A stretch of DNA of 64,000 nt from Entomortierella parvispora E1425 (Eukaryota > Fungi > Mortierellomycota), in assembly GCA_020891255.1 (NCBI GenBank), contig BQFW01000001.1, positions 186,001 through 250,000 on the forward strand, read 5' to 3'. Shown here piece by piece: positions 48,333-61,783 of this stretch; within the stretch, counting starts at the first letter, position 1; every line of letters begins with the position of its first letter. Made by a program: the position numbers and the translations under genes. A model generated the notes under the pieces. The model ran no database searches. It was not told where the DNA came from and saw only the letters and a list, made by a program, of their open reading frames with translations.

Positions 48333-50089
48333 AAAATAAAAAATAGACTCCCCCTTTTACTTTTGAAAACACCCTTATAAACGTTGGTCAAAGAGAAAGC
48401 TGCTCACAAACCCTCCGATCATTCACCTACATCCGACTTGGACTTGGCTCTTGGGAAGACCAAGGAAATGAGAGATCTTGTTAGAGGGTTGAGAAGATGA
48501 GAAGCGGGGATCAATGGGGGAGAAACTAAGTGGGGTCTGCTTTGCCCATTTTGAGATTTTTTTTTGTTCTCTCTGTGCACGTTCCAAGTCGGGTTCATTG
48601 TTGAAACCAGCAAACTTGCCCCTGAATATATCCTCGAGCCATGTCGGGGGGGAACTGCAGCCCTGATCAACGGCTAACGAATGGAAATACTCAGTCAGGG
48701 CAAGTGTCTCCCCAAGAAGGACGTACCGCGTCCCTCGGTCAGCCCTATAGCTTACGACCACAAAAAACGTCCCCCAACAACTTCTAGAACCAGAAGTCAT
48801 GATCTGGTCCAAACAAAGGAGGCAATAATTCCAACTCTGGCGGCAGCATCCATCCAATCTGCCCCTTGTCAACATCATCGTCCAAATCGCAAGGGCCGGC
48901 AAGACGAGATTCTGTCAATGCATAACGTCCACCTATCTTGCATTCATCCATTCTAATTGGATACACGGCCATTGGCGATTAGTTTATCAGTCGCCATCAT
49001 CAACACCACAGCCCCAAGTCTTGTAACGTGAAAGGAAAGCACAGCTTTGGATACCACCCCGTCATCCGTCATTCCTGTACCCACCCATCCTCATCAGATA
49101 CGCAGAATCAAAGCTTTTCCTGTTTCTGGACATCATCAACGCCACGACTTGAAATCCATTTACGAAGGAGCCCGACAACAGATACTGCGTACCGCTTATT
49201 CATCATACATTCAGCAACATGTCTGGATGCGGGAATCTGGGCGTCATGTTATCACTCGTCGCCGCTCATTCCTACGTAACCATTATTAATAAACTTAATC
49301 AACAAACAAAGGATGGATGAGGATATACTACATTGCGTGCGTCCTGTTGGCAGGGCTCCTAGATAATGGGCATCTTCATTTCTGTAGGAGAGGCACACTG
49401 GCCAGATTCAAGGATTGCACCGTAACTTACAGGTGTGGACCTAGCATGAGCTGCAGTGAAGATGGCTCTGGGGGAGAGGCAGTGGGGCTTGGAAACACCA
49501 GCGCTTTTGTCCTTGCCGTTGTCCTCGCCCCAAACAGCCGTCAACAGAGGTTGTTGCTTGATGCATCGGCTGCTGTCCGAGGGGGGTTTATTTGGCAAGA
49601 GCTGACGATTAGTCTGTGCTGACCTCAACCTGGCAACGTTTGGATCTGGCACGAATCGGCGGTCCGGAGACTACCAATGGATCCTTCAGCCGCCGTTCAA
49701 CAATTGGCTTGGCCAGAACCCGCGCTTTGTCTTTACTGACCTTAACTTGGTAAGCTCTGGATCTGGTTCGGGTCGGTGGTCCGTCTTCATCTTCCTCCTC
49801 CTCCTAAGCGATCAGAACATCAATGTTAATTTCCACGTGCTCTTTCGAAATGGGCGTAACTGAAGCCGACGATTGTTTGTTGGGTCATATAATCCAACGG
49901 TTGGAGTACAATGGAGATGACGTGGCACATTCAACAGAAATGTTTGGTCCAAGATCCCTCAGTGAGGGCTCTTGGAGGTGAGAAAACAGAGGACCAGAAC
50001 AAAACTAAATGTACAAAGCGAGTTTTTGATTTTGATTTTTTTTTATTTTTCTTCTCATGTGGAACTTGCCGTTCTCCTTCTTTCCCCAC

Positions 50090-51150
50090 TTATCCCTCCT
50101 GCTTGATCACCAGCTCGGACAAGCTGTCTGTTCCTTCATTCATCCTTCAATCATCACAGGTTCTTCTCGTTGGCCAGATGCAGCAGATAAATGAAGCAGA
50201 GCGGCACAGAGATATCCCTCAGCTTCTGCTCTAGATATATCTTGCTTAGTCCCCTAAAGATCTCTATAAATCCTTACTCCTTCTTGACGTAGTCCCCGCT
50301 TGGATCCTCCACATCATCATTGTTGTCATCCTTGTTTTCGTCTTTACCGTCCCCTGCCTCTGTGCCATCCTCCTCTTCCCTTTCCTTGCGACTCTTCTTG
50401 CGCTCGCCATCGTCCCGACTGCCAGGTTGGCCATCTCCTTCCAGGTGTTGTCCTTCAGTTTCTTCACGCCCACCTTCTTGGCTGTCTTGGAGAAACTGAT
50501 ATACGCCGCCTTGACCCTCTTGGGCTCAGAGACCAACTGACTGGCATAGTCGTTTCCATCGCCCTGACTCTCCAGTCCAAATCCAAGTCCGAGCAGCGTC
50601 TTGCTGGCAGCAGCCTCCGCTCCTCCTGGTCCAAAGAATCCTTGCTGCTGGAATCCATACTCGACATCGTCGTCCTTACAATGAACGACGGTCTCATAAA
50701 CATCTACATCTTATAGTTGCTTGGACGAAAAGCAGACATCATCGGAGAAGGACGTATTTCCTGTTGCTCATGTCGGCTTCCCGAGATGGTGTCGTTGATG
50801 GCGTCGATTACCTTCTGCTGGTGCAAACAAGTCGTCCTCGTCTCCCCGTCTACTCCACCCGCGTTCAAGAAATCAATGACGATCGCAGTCTTTTCTCCGC
50901 ATTTCATTGGTCCTAGTGCCCCGCCTTCTTCTGCAGGTGTCTCCTCATCCGCACAGGTGTAGGTTTTCTCTAGAGTGAAAAAAAAAAAAAGAAAATCAAT
51001 AGTCAGTCCTCTGCACCCCTTGGAAATGACAAGTAAATAGATTCAAATACACCAAATACCCTCCCTCACCTTTGGGGATGCGCCTTAATTTCATGTGTTC
51101 TATGTTCTGGCCCAGCATAGTTGCATATCAGAGTTCCATAAAATCTGGGT
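50090..51150 (-). pseudogene. BRN1: Second copy of the decayed condensin kleisin fragment
   Basis: Near-identical to 40378-41450 with largely the same lesions; N(Y)AGPEH..KLRRIPK followed by donor gtgagg. Confidence 0.82.
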
Positions 51151-51756
51151 CATGATCCCATCTGCATCATGAGGTCCAGGTCTCGGGCCTAAATCCAAAT
51201 CCTCGAATGCATCCACTTTTCCACCCATGCACGATGGTATTCGGATTGATGCTGTTGTTGCTGTTTAGATTCCTTGGACGATTGTTGTTTTCGGGCATGG
51301 ACAGAAACGAACGACCTCCCTGCATCGCGTACATCCAATGGGGAAGGATGCCGCTCTGCTCACCGTACAATCCTGTAGTAACACCCAGGGAGAGAGTCCA
51401 TGAGCATGAAATGAAGAGAGGAAGGAGCATGAAATGAAGAGAGGAAGGAGCATTCATGAGTCACTTAGTCCTGCCTTGGTCTTTGGATTCATGTCTTGTC
51501 TGCTCGGTCATCCATCAGTAGGGTAGGGGCCATGTTGGAGTACAGTTGGTGGTCAGGAGCAGGGGGAACAAAAAGAGAGAAAAAAGGTGCACACACGTGA
51601 TCTGTCTGATCGATGGACCCATGGTTCGCACCTCGGCCTCTCTCTCTCCCTCCTTCGCATCGATAACCTTGAAGGAGACGGAGAGGCCATGTGCACCACA
51701 GGAACAGAACCAATCCATCCCATGTGTTCGGGAGAGGGAGAGAGGCCGCTCAACGG

Positions 51757-51802
<46 letters not shown>

Positions 51803-52278
51803 AGGTACTCGTACTTCGTTTTTGACGCCACCAAACACAACTCGGCCCTCTGCATCCTCAATGCATCCTCAATGTACATTCATTCATGCAGGCTCCATTC
51901 CTGACAGCAAAGGGAGAACAACTCCCCATGGGCACCCAATGCTGCAGTCAACTGCAGTGACCACAACGGAGGGCGCACAGTTTGTTTGCCCTTGCTTGTG
52001 CTTCGCCAACATGCATTAATGCTCACAACAGCCACAGGGGGAAAGCAACTCTGCTCTTGCTTCTTTCCATCCGTTCCCACCCTCACTCTTATTCACCCCA
52101 CCACCCTTTTCAAAATCGACCTTTTCTTTTCGTCCCAGCTTCAAAGACCTGTGCTTGTCCACAACAAGGGTATCCAAACGGCTCTCCCAAGGTACAAGCA
52201 CCGCATCTACAACAGTCGAGACCTCCACCCTGAGGTCGGCCTCTAATTCTTGTTGCGCATAGCTTGTAGAAACCCAGC

Positions 52279-55200
52279 ATGCCGCATCCTTCCACGCAAG
52301 AGGCTCTACTGGAAGCAAAGGCCAGTACGGAGGAGGCTCGAAAAGCCATGGGATCCGAACGCAAGGTCATTAAGCATTATCGGAATGCAAAGAATACCCT
52401 CGCCAAAGTGGATGTCACGAGGACCAATTCTAAGGATCTGGGAGAGATCATTGCTGCGTTCGAAGACCTTGCCGCGGTGCTAGACCTCTCAGGAGAACTG
52501 CTGAAGGAAAAAGCAGCCAAGTGCAGAAAGAGAGCAGGTGCTCTGAGGTAGCTAACCCTTGTTCCCTATTGAGGAAACGGGTTGAAGCACTCTACTTATA
52601 CTAAGCACATGATATTGCACAACTACTAGGCAAGAACTCAACGAGAGAATGAGGCTACATGCTGCAGCTCTCGCACCGTCTTTAGTGGGGCCAGGGTTCT
52701 CTCCAACAATTGCTCAAGGAGGAGTCACTCCTTGCAGCTCTTCAGCATTGACAAACAACACCACCTCCAGCCCCCCTTTTATCGCCACTACCGCCGCAAC
52801 TGCTGTCAACACTACCTCAACGCTTCACCCATCGTCTCATCTTCTCTCTCAGCCAGCGATCTCGGTTATGGTGGCTAGTTCAGCCTTAGGATCACCATCG
52901 TTCTTTGGTACGAATGTTGCTCCCAAGCCCAACATACATCGGCTGCCTAATCCAGGAGAGCAACTGGAATCCACTCGGCAACTCGCCTATTGTCTCGCAC
53001 TTTTGCAGCCGTCAGTTCAACATAACGATCTTTCGCAGGATTATCTCAGGTGGCGACTTGACACCTTGAATAACTCGGGAGAGAAGGATCGCTTGGAGAC
53101 TATAGCCGACGATGTCATCCAGGCAGTTACCAAGGACAATATGAAGGATGCGGCTAATGTTGCTGAGGTTGTCCAACTGGCCCCTGTGCTCAGTGAAGAG
53201 CACTCTCGGTCCCTCATCGCGACCTTGATCGACGCTGTGAACGAGTCAGAGATTCTACATTTGCATCCATTGAATGGCTTGGCAATTGCGATTCAAGGAG
53301 CCTCTCCAGGAACCCTCAATGTGGACGACCTTGAGAGTATCCTTCGGTGCCTGCTCAAGCGACTCAAGCTTACTCGCTCACCAGAGTATCGATATCCCCT
53401 GCTACTTGCTGTTTCGCGTGTTTTGGATGCAATGGTGAGCGCCAATATCAAGGATGTCGACCGCGTCAACCTTCATGGACCATTAACAGAGTTCCTTCGA
53501 GATGTGGAGTCAAATGAAGACCCATACTTGACATTCCAAGTCCAGTATGCCACGCAGGCTCTGCTCAATGTGCCTGATGATGACGATATTTGGCATGCTG
53601 GATTCAGACGATTCTGGTTTTTATTGAATGTTGGAGCAGGACTGGCCAATGTGCCTGACCCAACGGACCTGAAGGACACGCTCGAAAACCTGGAAAAACT
53701 TTACAAAGCCGGCAAAGCCGGCATCAGTAATCTCAAGGCTATCTTGAATGATGCAATCAAAGGCGCTGATGGCAGTCTAACATTCACTGTCAAGGAGGGC
53801 CTGAAGTTCAAGAGCGCATGGTACCCTGCCATTCGTGAAGCCAAATCATATATCGAGACTGGAAGGCTAGTGGAGTTCAAGATGTTGGTCACCACTACAC
53901 CGTGCCGACACGAACCCATGTTTCAATGGGGCATCTGCCAGTTGCTTGGACAGTTTGCACTTGATAACCGATGGAGTCTGGAGATGCAGCAACAGGCAAT
54001 TACCTTCATCGAAATGCTCTACAAGGACACTACACTTTGGGATCGTCAAAAGGAAGTTGATCAGGTCATCCTTGACGTACTCACCAACGTGGCTTCCCGA
54101 AATGACACGCACTTCGAGGGTATGTGAATGTGGAGTGACGGTCCTGTACCCATTACTGTTACCCAATAACCTACCAAATGCTTCCTAAACTAATGCAAAT
54201 GCTTTCCACCGCCCCCTCTATAGCCGCCAAGTCCATATTGGAAGAAATGGGAAGGCATAATACAAAGTTAAACCCTTTTGCCGATCTACATTCGCCTATT
54301 TGGATCAGCTTCAAATTTGCGGATCCGGACACGCACCCCACCTCAAAGTTTAGACTGTTGAAGACTGTTCAGAATCAACACCGTAGGGATGCAAAGTTGG
54401 AGAACCTACCAGACGCCTATCGAGTCACAACCTTGAGTGACATTCAGTCGGCTCTCAAGAACTATCACGAACCCATCCTGCATATCCTCCGAGTTTCAGG
54501 GGAGAAGCTGGATCTGGAATCATGCTTTGTCAATCTCGCAATTGTGGAGGCACCACAGCATCGGCAAAAGGAAAAGGAAGACCTTAAAATACAGGCGGCT
54601 ATGTTCCACCGGATGCCCAGTGGCGAAGGCGTGCGAAATACAAACACCGATTCATTAATCCCTCTGGATCAGCTTTTCAACAAGCGCCGGTTACGTGATG
54701 GTAAGAGGGATGTTCCTAAAAGGATCTTGGTCCAAGGACGAGCAGGCATTGGCAAATCGACATTGTGCAAGAAACTCGTTCATGCGCACCAGAATGGACT
54801 GTGGAGAGATCTGTTCGAAATAGTGCTCTGGATTCCACTGCGACATCTCAGGGGACTCGAGAGTCGCACCCTGGAAGGGCTCCTTCGCGATAGAGTTTTC
54901 ATCTCTCAATACCTCGATCACGAACAGGCAGATTTGGCCAAGGCTCTTGCTATCTGCGCTCAGAAAGGCACCGTTCTATTCATCTTGGACGGCCTGGATG
55001 AGATTGTCGCAGAGGCTGGAGACGAAAGTAACACCTTCAGAACATTCTTGAAGGTGTTGCTTGGGCAGCAACATGTCATCATCACCTCAAGACCTTCTGG
55101 AGTTGACATCGGGCTATTACCGAAAATTGATCTCGAATTGGAAACTGTTGGATTCAGTTCACAAAATGTCAAAGACTTTGTGGTCAAGGTACTCGATCCT

Positions 55201-58200
55201 GATCCAGCGAGGACAGTTCAAGAGTTCATTCAACGGACTCCATTGATTCAAGGACTCGCCAATATCCCTGTCCAACTGGATGTGATCTGCTTCAGCTGGA
55301 ATTCACTCCCAACAGAAGGCATGACAGTCACGATGACCGGACTGTATCAATTGATGGTGCGGAAACTCTGGTGCAAGGATGCACTTCGGCTCAACAAGAC
55401 TGATGATGGAATACCGCTGACTGCGCGACAAATTCACGATTATGAACCAGAAGAAATCGACAAATTGATGGAGACTGAGCTGCAGTATCTTGGATATCTC
55501 GCGTTCAAAGGGATGACCAACCATCACCAGATTGAATTTGAGGAAAGAGACCTACGATCCACATTTCAAGATCTCAAGAGCTCTGCAGCAAATAACCAAC
55601 AGCCTTCACCTACCCATCTCGTCGAAGTCATGAAAAAGACGTCATTTTTGCATTCAGCTGACTCAGACATGGATCCCAAGAAGGGCAGTGTTCGGCAAGC
55701 CTGGCATTTTTTGCATCTGACGTTCCAAGAATATTTCGCAGCAACATGGATAGTGCGCCATTTTCAACCTCAGCAACCATGCTCCACGGCTAGAATGATG
55801 ACTACAGAGGAAATGACAGCCTTTGTTCACCGGCACAAATATAACCCTCAGTATGAAATTGTATGGTCAATGGTGGCAGGGTTGTTAGACGGAAACCCGT
55901 TGGACAACTTTTTCGAACTTCTGCAAGGAGAGCCACGGGATTTGATTGGAGGACGCCACCAGCAGATCCTGGTCTCTTGTCTTAATGAGGCGCGGGCTCG
56001 ATTGGACCCAACAGTCATGGCAGCATACGACACAGAGCTTGCAAGGTGGCTGCAATTGGAGATACGTAGGCTTCAAGTTCGGTTCGCCGGAAGAATAGGG
56101 ATTACAAGCATTCGAAGCATTTTAGGGAGTCAGCTGTCGTTCCCTGAAGGACTTCTAGTTGAAGCTATAAGTTCCGGGCATTCGAACAAAGCCTCTGTCA
56201 TACGCACTTTAGGATCGCGATCTGTATTGTCAAAATCAGCCATCCAGTCTCTCATCGCCACACTTAAGGATGACGATAGTGAAGTCAAGTCTTCAGCAGC
56301 GTCAGCATTAGGCAAGCAGTCTTCGTTGCCGGAATCAGCCATCCAGACTCTCATCGCCACACTCAAGGATGACGATAGTGGCGTCAGGTCTTCAGCAGCG
56401 TCAGCATTAGGCAAGCAGTCTTTGTTGCCGGAATCAGCCATCCAGTCTCTCATCGCCACACTCAAGGATTACAATTGGAGTATCAGGTCTTCAGCAGCAG
56501 AGGTATTAAGCAAGCTGTCTTCGTTGCCGGAGTCAGCCATCCAGTCTCTCATCACCATGCTTGAAGATGACGATGAAGATGTCAGGGATTCAGCAGCAGA
56601 GGTATTCGGCAAGCGGTCTTCGTTGCCGGAATCAGCCATCCAGTCTCTCATCACCTCACTCAAAGACGACTATTGTGGTGTTAGGTTTTCAGCAGCAGAG
56701 GCATTAGGCAAGCAGTCTTCGTTGCCTGAACCAGCTATTCTTTCCCTCGCCGCCACACTCAAGGATGACGATGAAAATGTCAGGTCTTCAGCAGCAGAAG
56801 CATTAGGTAACCAGTCTTCGTTGCCGGAATCGGCCGTCCAGTCTCTCGTCACCTCACTCAAAGATGACGATTGGGATGTCGTGTCTTCAGCAGCATTTGC
56901 ATTAGATAAGCAGTCTTCGTTGCCGGAATCAGCCTTCCAGTCTCTCGTCACCGCACTCAAGGATGACGATAAAAATGTCAGGTCTTCAGCAGCAGAGGCA
57001 TTAGGCAATGTGTCTTTGTTGCCAGAATCAGAAATCCAGTCTCTCATCGCAACACTCAAGGATGACGATAGTGATGTCAGGTCTTCAGCAGCAGAGGCAT
57101 TAGGCAAGCAGTATTTTTTGCCGAAATCAGCCATCCAGTCTCTCGTCACCGCACTCAAGGATGACGATAGTGATGTCAGGTCTTCAGCAGCAGAGGCATT
57201 TGGCCAGCTGTCTTCATCAGCAGCTGAAGTAGGCGAGTTGTTTTTGTTGCCGGAATCAGCCATCCAGTCTCTCATCGCAACACTCAAAGATGACTATTGG
57301 GGTGTCAGATATTCAGCAGCATCAGCATTTGGCAATATGTCTTCCTTGCCGGAATCAGCCATCCAGTCTCTCATCACCGCACTCAAGGATGACGATAGTA
57401 ATGTCGGGTCACGGGCAGCATCAGCATTAGGCAGTCGGTCTTGGTTGCCTGAATCAGCTATCCAGTCTCTCATCGCTGCACTCAAGGATAACGATTGGCA
57501 TGTCAGGACTTCAGCAGCAGAGGTATTAAGGAAGCACCGTTCGTTGCCTGAATCAGCAATCAACTCCCTCATCGCCGCACTCAAGGATGACAATAGGAAT
57601 GTCAGGTCTTCAGCAGCTGAGGCATTAGGCAAGCAGTCTTCATTGCCTGGACCAGCTATTCTTTCCCTCACCGCCACACTCAAGGATGACAATGGCAACG
57701 TCAGGTCTTCAGCAGCTGAGGCATTAGGCAGGCAGTCTTCGTTGCCTGAATCGGTCATCCTGACTCTCATCGCCACACTAAAGGATGACGATAAAAATGT
57801 CAGATCTTCAGCAGCAAAGGCATTAGACAATCTGTCTTTGTTGCCGGAATCAGCCATCCAGTCTCTCATCGCCGTATTCAAAGATGACGATTGGGATGTC
57901 ATGTCTTCAACATCATCAGCATTAAACAAGCAGCCTTCGATGCCGGAATCGGCCATCCGATCTCTTATCGCAGCACTTGAGGATGACAGTGGAGGATTTA
58001 ATTTTTTTGTTTCAGAAACCCTTGAAAGCCATATTCCCTCGGTATTCAGTGCACTGCTATTCCTGTCAGAAGATGAGATAGGTCGTATTTTTAACCACCT
58101 GCTTCTCTACAGTTTCAGTCATGTCATGTCCTTACAGGTATATGACAACGGACTGCATTGCTGCGCGGAGCAAGGCGGGCAACAAGTACAGATATCTCCT

Positions 58201-58284
58201 AGTGGTAGCTCGAGGCTGGATACTATATCAGCAGTCTTTAAGGCAGCTCAGCAGAAGGCATTGGATTTCTCTAATTCCACTTGA
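52279..58284 (+). CDS. NLR-like STAND protein 2 (1939 aa): same architecture, 17 x 33-aa HEAT repeats plus cap
   Basis: Exons 52279-52547, 52630-54119, 54224-58284 join in frame (5820 nt); intact Walker A/B; HEAT array ~56218-58030 with a 10-aa partial-repeat insertion after repeat 10. Confidence 0.92.
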
Positions 58285-59067
58285 GAAAATAAAGAAAAGA
58301 CAAAACTGGTTGATCACAAACACTCCCCCTTTTACTTTTGAAAACACCCTTATAAACATAATTCAAAGAAAAAACTGTTCACAAACCCTCCGATCATTCA
58401 CATACATCCAACTTGGAATTGGCTCTTGGGAAGACCGGAATGAAAGATCCTGTTAGAGAGTTGAGAAGATGAGAAGCGGGGATTAATGGGGGAAAAACCA
58501 CGTGGGATGTGCTTTGCTCATTTTGAGTTTTTTTTTTTTTGTCCTCTTTGTGCACGGTCCAACTCGGGTTCATTTGTTGAAACTTGCAAACTTACTCCTG
58601 ACTATCCCCTCGAACCACGTCGGGGGCACCCGGCAGCCCTGATCAACGGTCAACGAATGAAACTGCTCAGGCAAGGCAAGTGTCTCCCCAAAAAGGATGT
58701 ACCCCATCCCTCGGTCAGCCCTAGGGCTTACGACCACAAAAAACGTCTTCCATCAAAGGAGGCAATAATTCCAAGTCTGGCGGCAGCATCCATTCAATCT
58801 GCCCCTTGTCGAAACCATCATCCAAATCGCAAGGGCCGGCGAGACGAGATTCTGTCAAGGCATACTATCCAGCTATCTTGCATTCATCCATTCTAATTGG
58901 ATACAGGACCATTGGCGATTAGCTTATCAGTCGCCAATCATCAACACCACAGCCCCAAGTCTTGCAACGTGAAAGAACAGCTATGGATACCACCCCATTG
59001 TGGTGTAGTGGATTTGCTCAGATCTTTGCCCAGGAAACAACTAGAGTTCATAGTGATATTTATTTTT

Positions 59068-61783
59068 ACATAGAGAACTGAATGAACTCCTTGTCTTATA
59101 ATCTTAATCTTCAAACCCTCGTCGTCCTTAACAATTGCGTCAATGGACTCCCTTCAATATGGTAAAACCATCAGGGCTTTATGAAAGATCTACAATAGAT
59201 GATGAATGAAAAGATAATAAAGACACACCATCATTTGCGAACCGACAGATCATGTTAGTTTGAGGGCCGCAGGAAATTGGGTGTCCATGGTTGGATGTTG
59301 CAGCGCACAGATAGACGGTTGGGTCAAAGACAGGAAGAGACAACCTTGAATCTATGTGGCAATTGCTGGCCGTTGCAGCTATTAGAGATCAGGCCAGTGC
59401 CAAAACGATGGGCAATACAAAAGTTCATCAGAAAGTGGGAGCAGGCAGGATGAACTGAGACCATGTTCTATGGAGATGATAGATGGATGCGTTGGCTCAG
59501 AAGAATGAGGGCCAAAGGTCCACAGGACCAGAAGGACAAAGGACAAAGAAGGACAAAGAAGGACAAAGCAGGACAAAGAAGGACAAAAAAAAAAATGGGC
59601 TCTTTTCTTTGATCTTTGGGCGAAGCGCGTCCAGTTTGGTCTTTCTCCCCATGCCACCATTCCATCTCTCCATCTCTCCATCCTTCTTCCAGCATTCCAT
59701 TCCTTCAAGTGCATGCATGCACATTTGATTTACATTCACTCCATCACTCCAGCTCTCAGTCATTGACTTGAGGCATCTCTCGATTCTCTTGCCCTGGCGC
59801 GTTTAACACTGGTGCAGACTACTGAGGTCCAAAAGAGTTCATCTCATTCACAGTGATTGCCTTGGATGACTTATTCCCTTTCAAACTTAATCATTCACAC
59901 ATGAGGTCAACTTTAGTAGCGGGACAAATGGTCTACTGTTTATTCATCACCAACTTGTAAAGTAGTTCCCTTTTTTTTTTTTTGAAGTCTTTTTTTTTTT
60001 GGTCAGAATTAAAGAGAGAAAACAAGGATTTAATAGAGAGCTATGAAAAGGAGTGCTATGGAAGTGAAGAGGGTGCTTTGGAGGAGGAAGAGAGTGACGA
60101 AAGTGCTATGGAAGTGGAAAAGAAGAGGAGAAGAGGGTGCTTTGGAAAAGAAAAGGTAAGTTTCGAAGAAAAAAAATGGTTTGAGGAAGGGATAAAGTGA
60201 GTTGGCGTACCAAGTCCCCCGATGTTTGTTATAGATGCTGACGACTGCGTGCCATCACCACATCCCATCGGGGATCAAGGATTTGTGGAAGAAACAAAGA
60301 GCAGTACCAAGTCCCCGATGTTCGCTGACGACTCTGAGCCATCACCTCATCACATCGGCATCATGGATTACCGCCCACTATCCTAACTACACTAGGGCTA
60401 AACTAACTAGACTAGAAGCGAAGGAAGGGGGACGGAAGAAAAGGAAGTTTTCTCTCTTGATTCTTGATTTTTGATTCTTGTTTCTTGTTTCTTGTTTCTT
60501 GGATGGGGCCCTAGACCAAAGAGGGCAGGGAGGCAACTGCGTTTGAGAGGCAGGCCATGCGGTCTTGAGGGCCAAGGTCAAGTCTGAAAGCGCTAGACGA
60601 CGTTGAGGCCGAGGGAGGCCGAGGCTTGGGCCGGGGCAGGCAAGCGGGCAGGCGGTCTTGTGGCCGGGGCAGATTTCGAGGGCCAAGGTCAAGCCATGAG
60701 AAGGCAGACAACTTTTAGGCCGAGGCTTGAGCTTGAAAAGGCAGGCGACCTTGCGGCCCAAGACTTGAAAGTGCAGGCAGGTTTGCAGGTTTGCGGCCAG
60801 AGACTTGGAAAGGCAGGCAGATTTGCGGCCAAAGACTTAAAAGGGCAGGCAGGTTTGCGGCCAGAGTCTTGGAAGGGCAGGAGAGGTGGGCTGAGAGATC
60901 AAGACCGTTGGGACCGAGGCCAAGGAGGGCAGGACCGAAGCTGAAGAGCCGATGTCGTTAGGCCGGAGACACTTGTTGCTGGCCGAGGGGAGGATGGCAG
61001 CATGGTGGTGTGTGCTTTGTGTGCTTTGTGTGCTTTGTGTGTGTGGAAAGGGAGTGAAGAAGAAATGAAGGATGAGGAGCAAAAAAAAGAGGGGAATCAT
61101 GGGGGGTATTTGTATGAAAAGTGGATTGTTCTATCTGCTATCGGTTATCGACTGCGGTCTCAGATGCGATAGCAAAGTCGGCCGGTCCGCCATGGACTTT
61201 GGTCCAAGAAAGATGTGATAGCGAGTTAGCGACATGATGACATGAAGGAGGAAGGAAATCGATTGGTCCGCCATGGAGAAGACAGTCCTTTCTATCTGCT
61301 GCGGCTCCAAGAAAGATGTGATAGCGAGATAGCGACATGGCGACATGAGGGAGGGAGCAAATCGATTGGTCCGCCGTGAGGGAAGGACGGAAGACGGATA
61401 AGAGAACAACAGTCATGAAGGACGGAAGGAAGGCGATTGGTTCTCCATGGACAATGAGGAAAGATAGGCGGCCGAATGCGATGACATGGGCAGGAGGAAA
61501 TAAAGGAAATGGCGAGGAAATAAGGGAAATGGTCACGGGTTATGAGAATGGATGCCTGTGGGAAGAAATCAATGTGGGTGGCGCGTGGTGGACTTTGCAC
61601 GGTGGATGGAACGCGGTGGATGGTGCACTGTGGACGGTTCGCGGTGGATGGTGCGTAAAGAATGGGATCGCGTTCTGAATGTTTATGATACTTGAAAAGA
61701 TAAACAAACAGAAAAAAAAAAAGGAAAAAAACACACTCAAATGTATCCTTCATGACAAAATAACGCGTCCGCCCTCGTCGCGT
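59068..61783 (+). repeat. Dispersed repeat block R, copy B
   Basis: Colinear with 1015-3742; 4 copies of the 32-bp repeat. Confidence 0.9.

Larger units (their letters stand above)
39600..59000 (+). repeat. Tandem segmental duplication, period ~9.7 kb (unit 1 ~39600-49300, unit 2 ~49300-59000)
   Basis: caaagga(c/t)gga(c/t)ga(c/g)gatatactacattgcgtgcg starts both units; colinear order of gene remnants, NLR and 3' flank. Confidence 0.93.

Noticed and set aside
49317-49622. Plus-strand ORF with a signal-like start MRIYYIACVLLAGLL
   Set aside because: The paralog at 39613 lacks the ATG and is frameshifted; the opposite strand shows better gene-remnant signals
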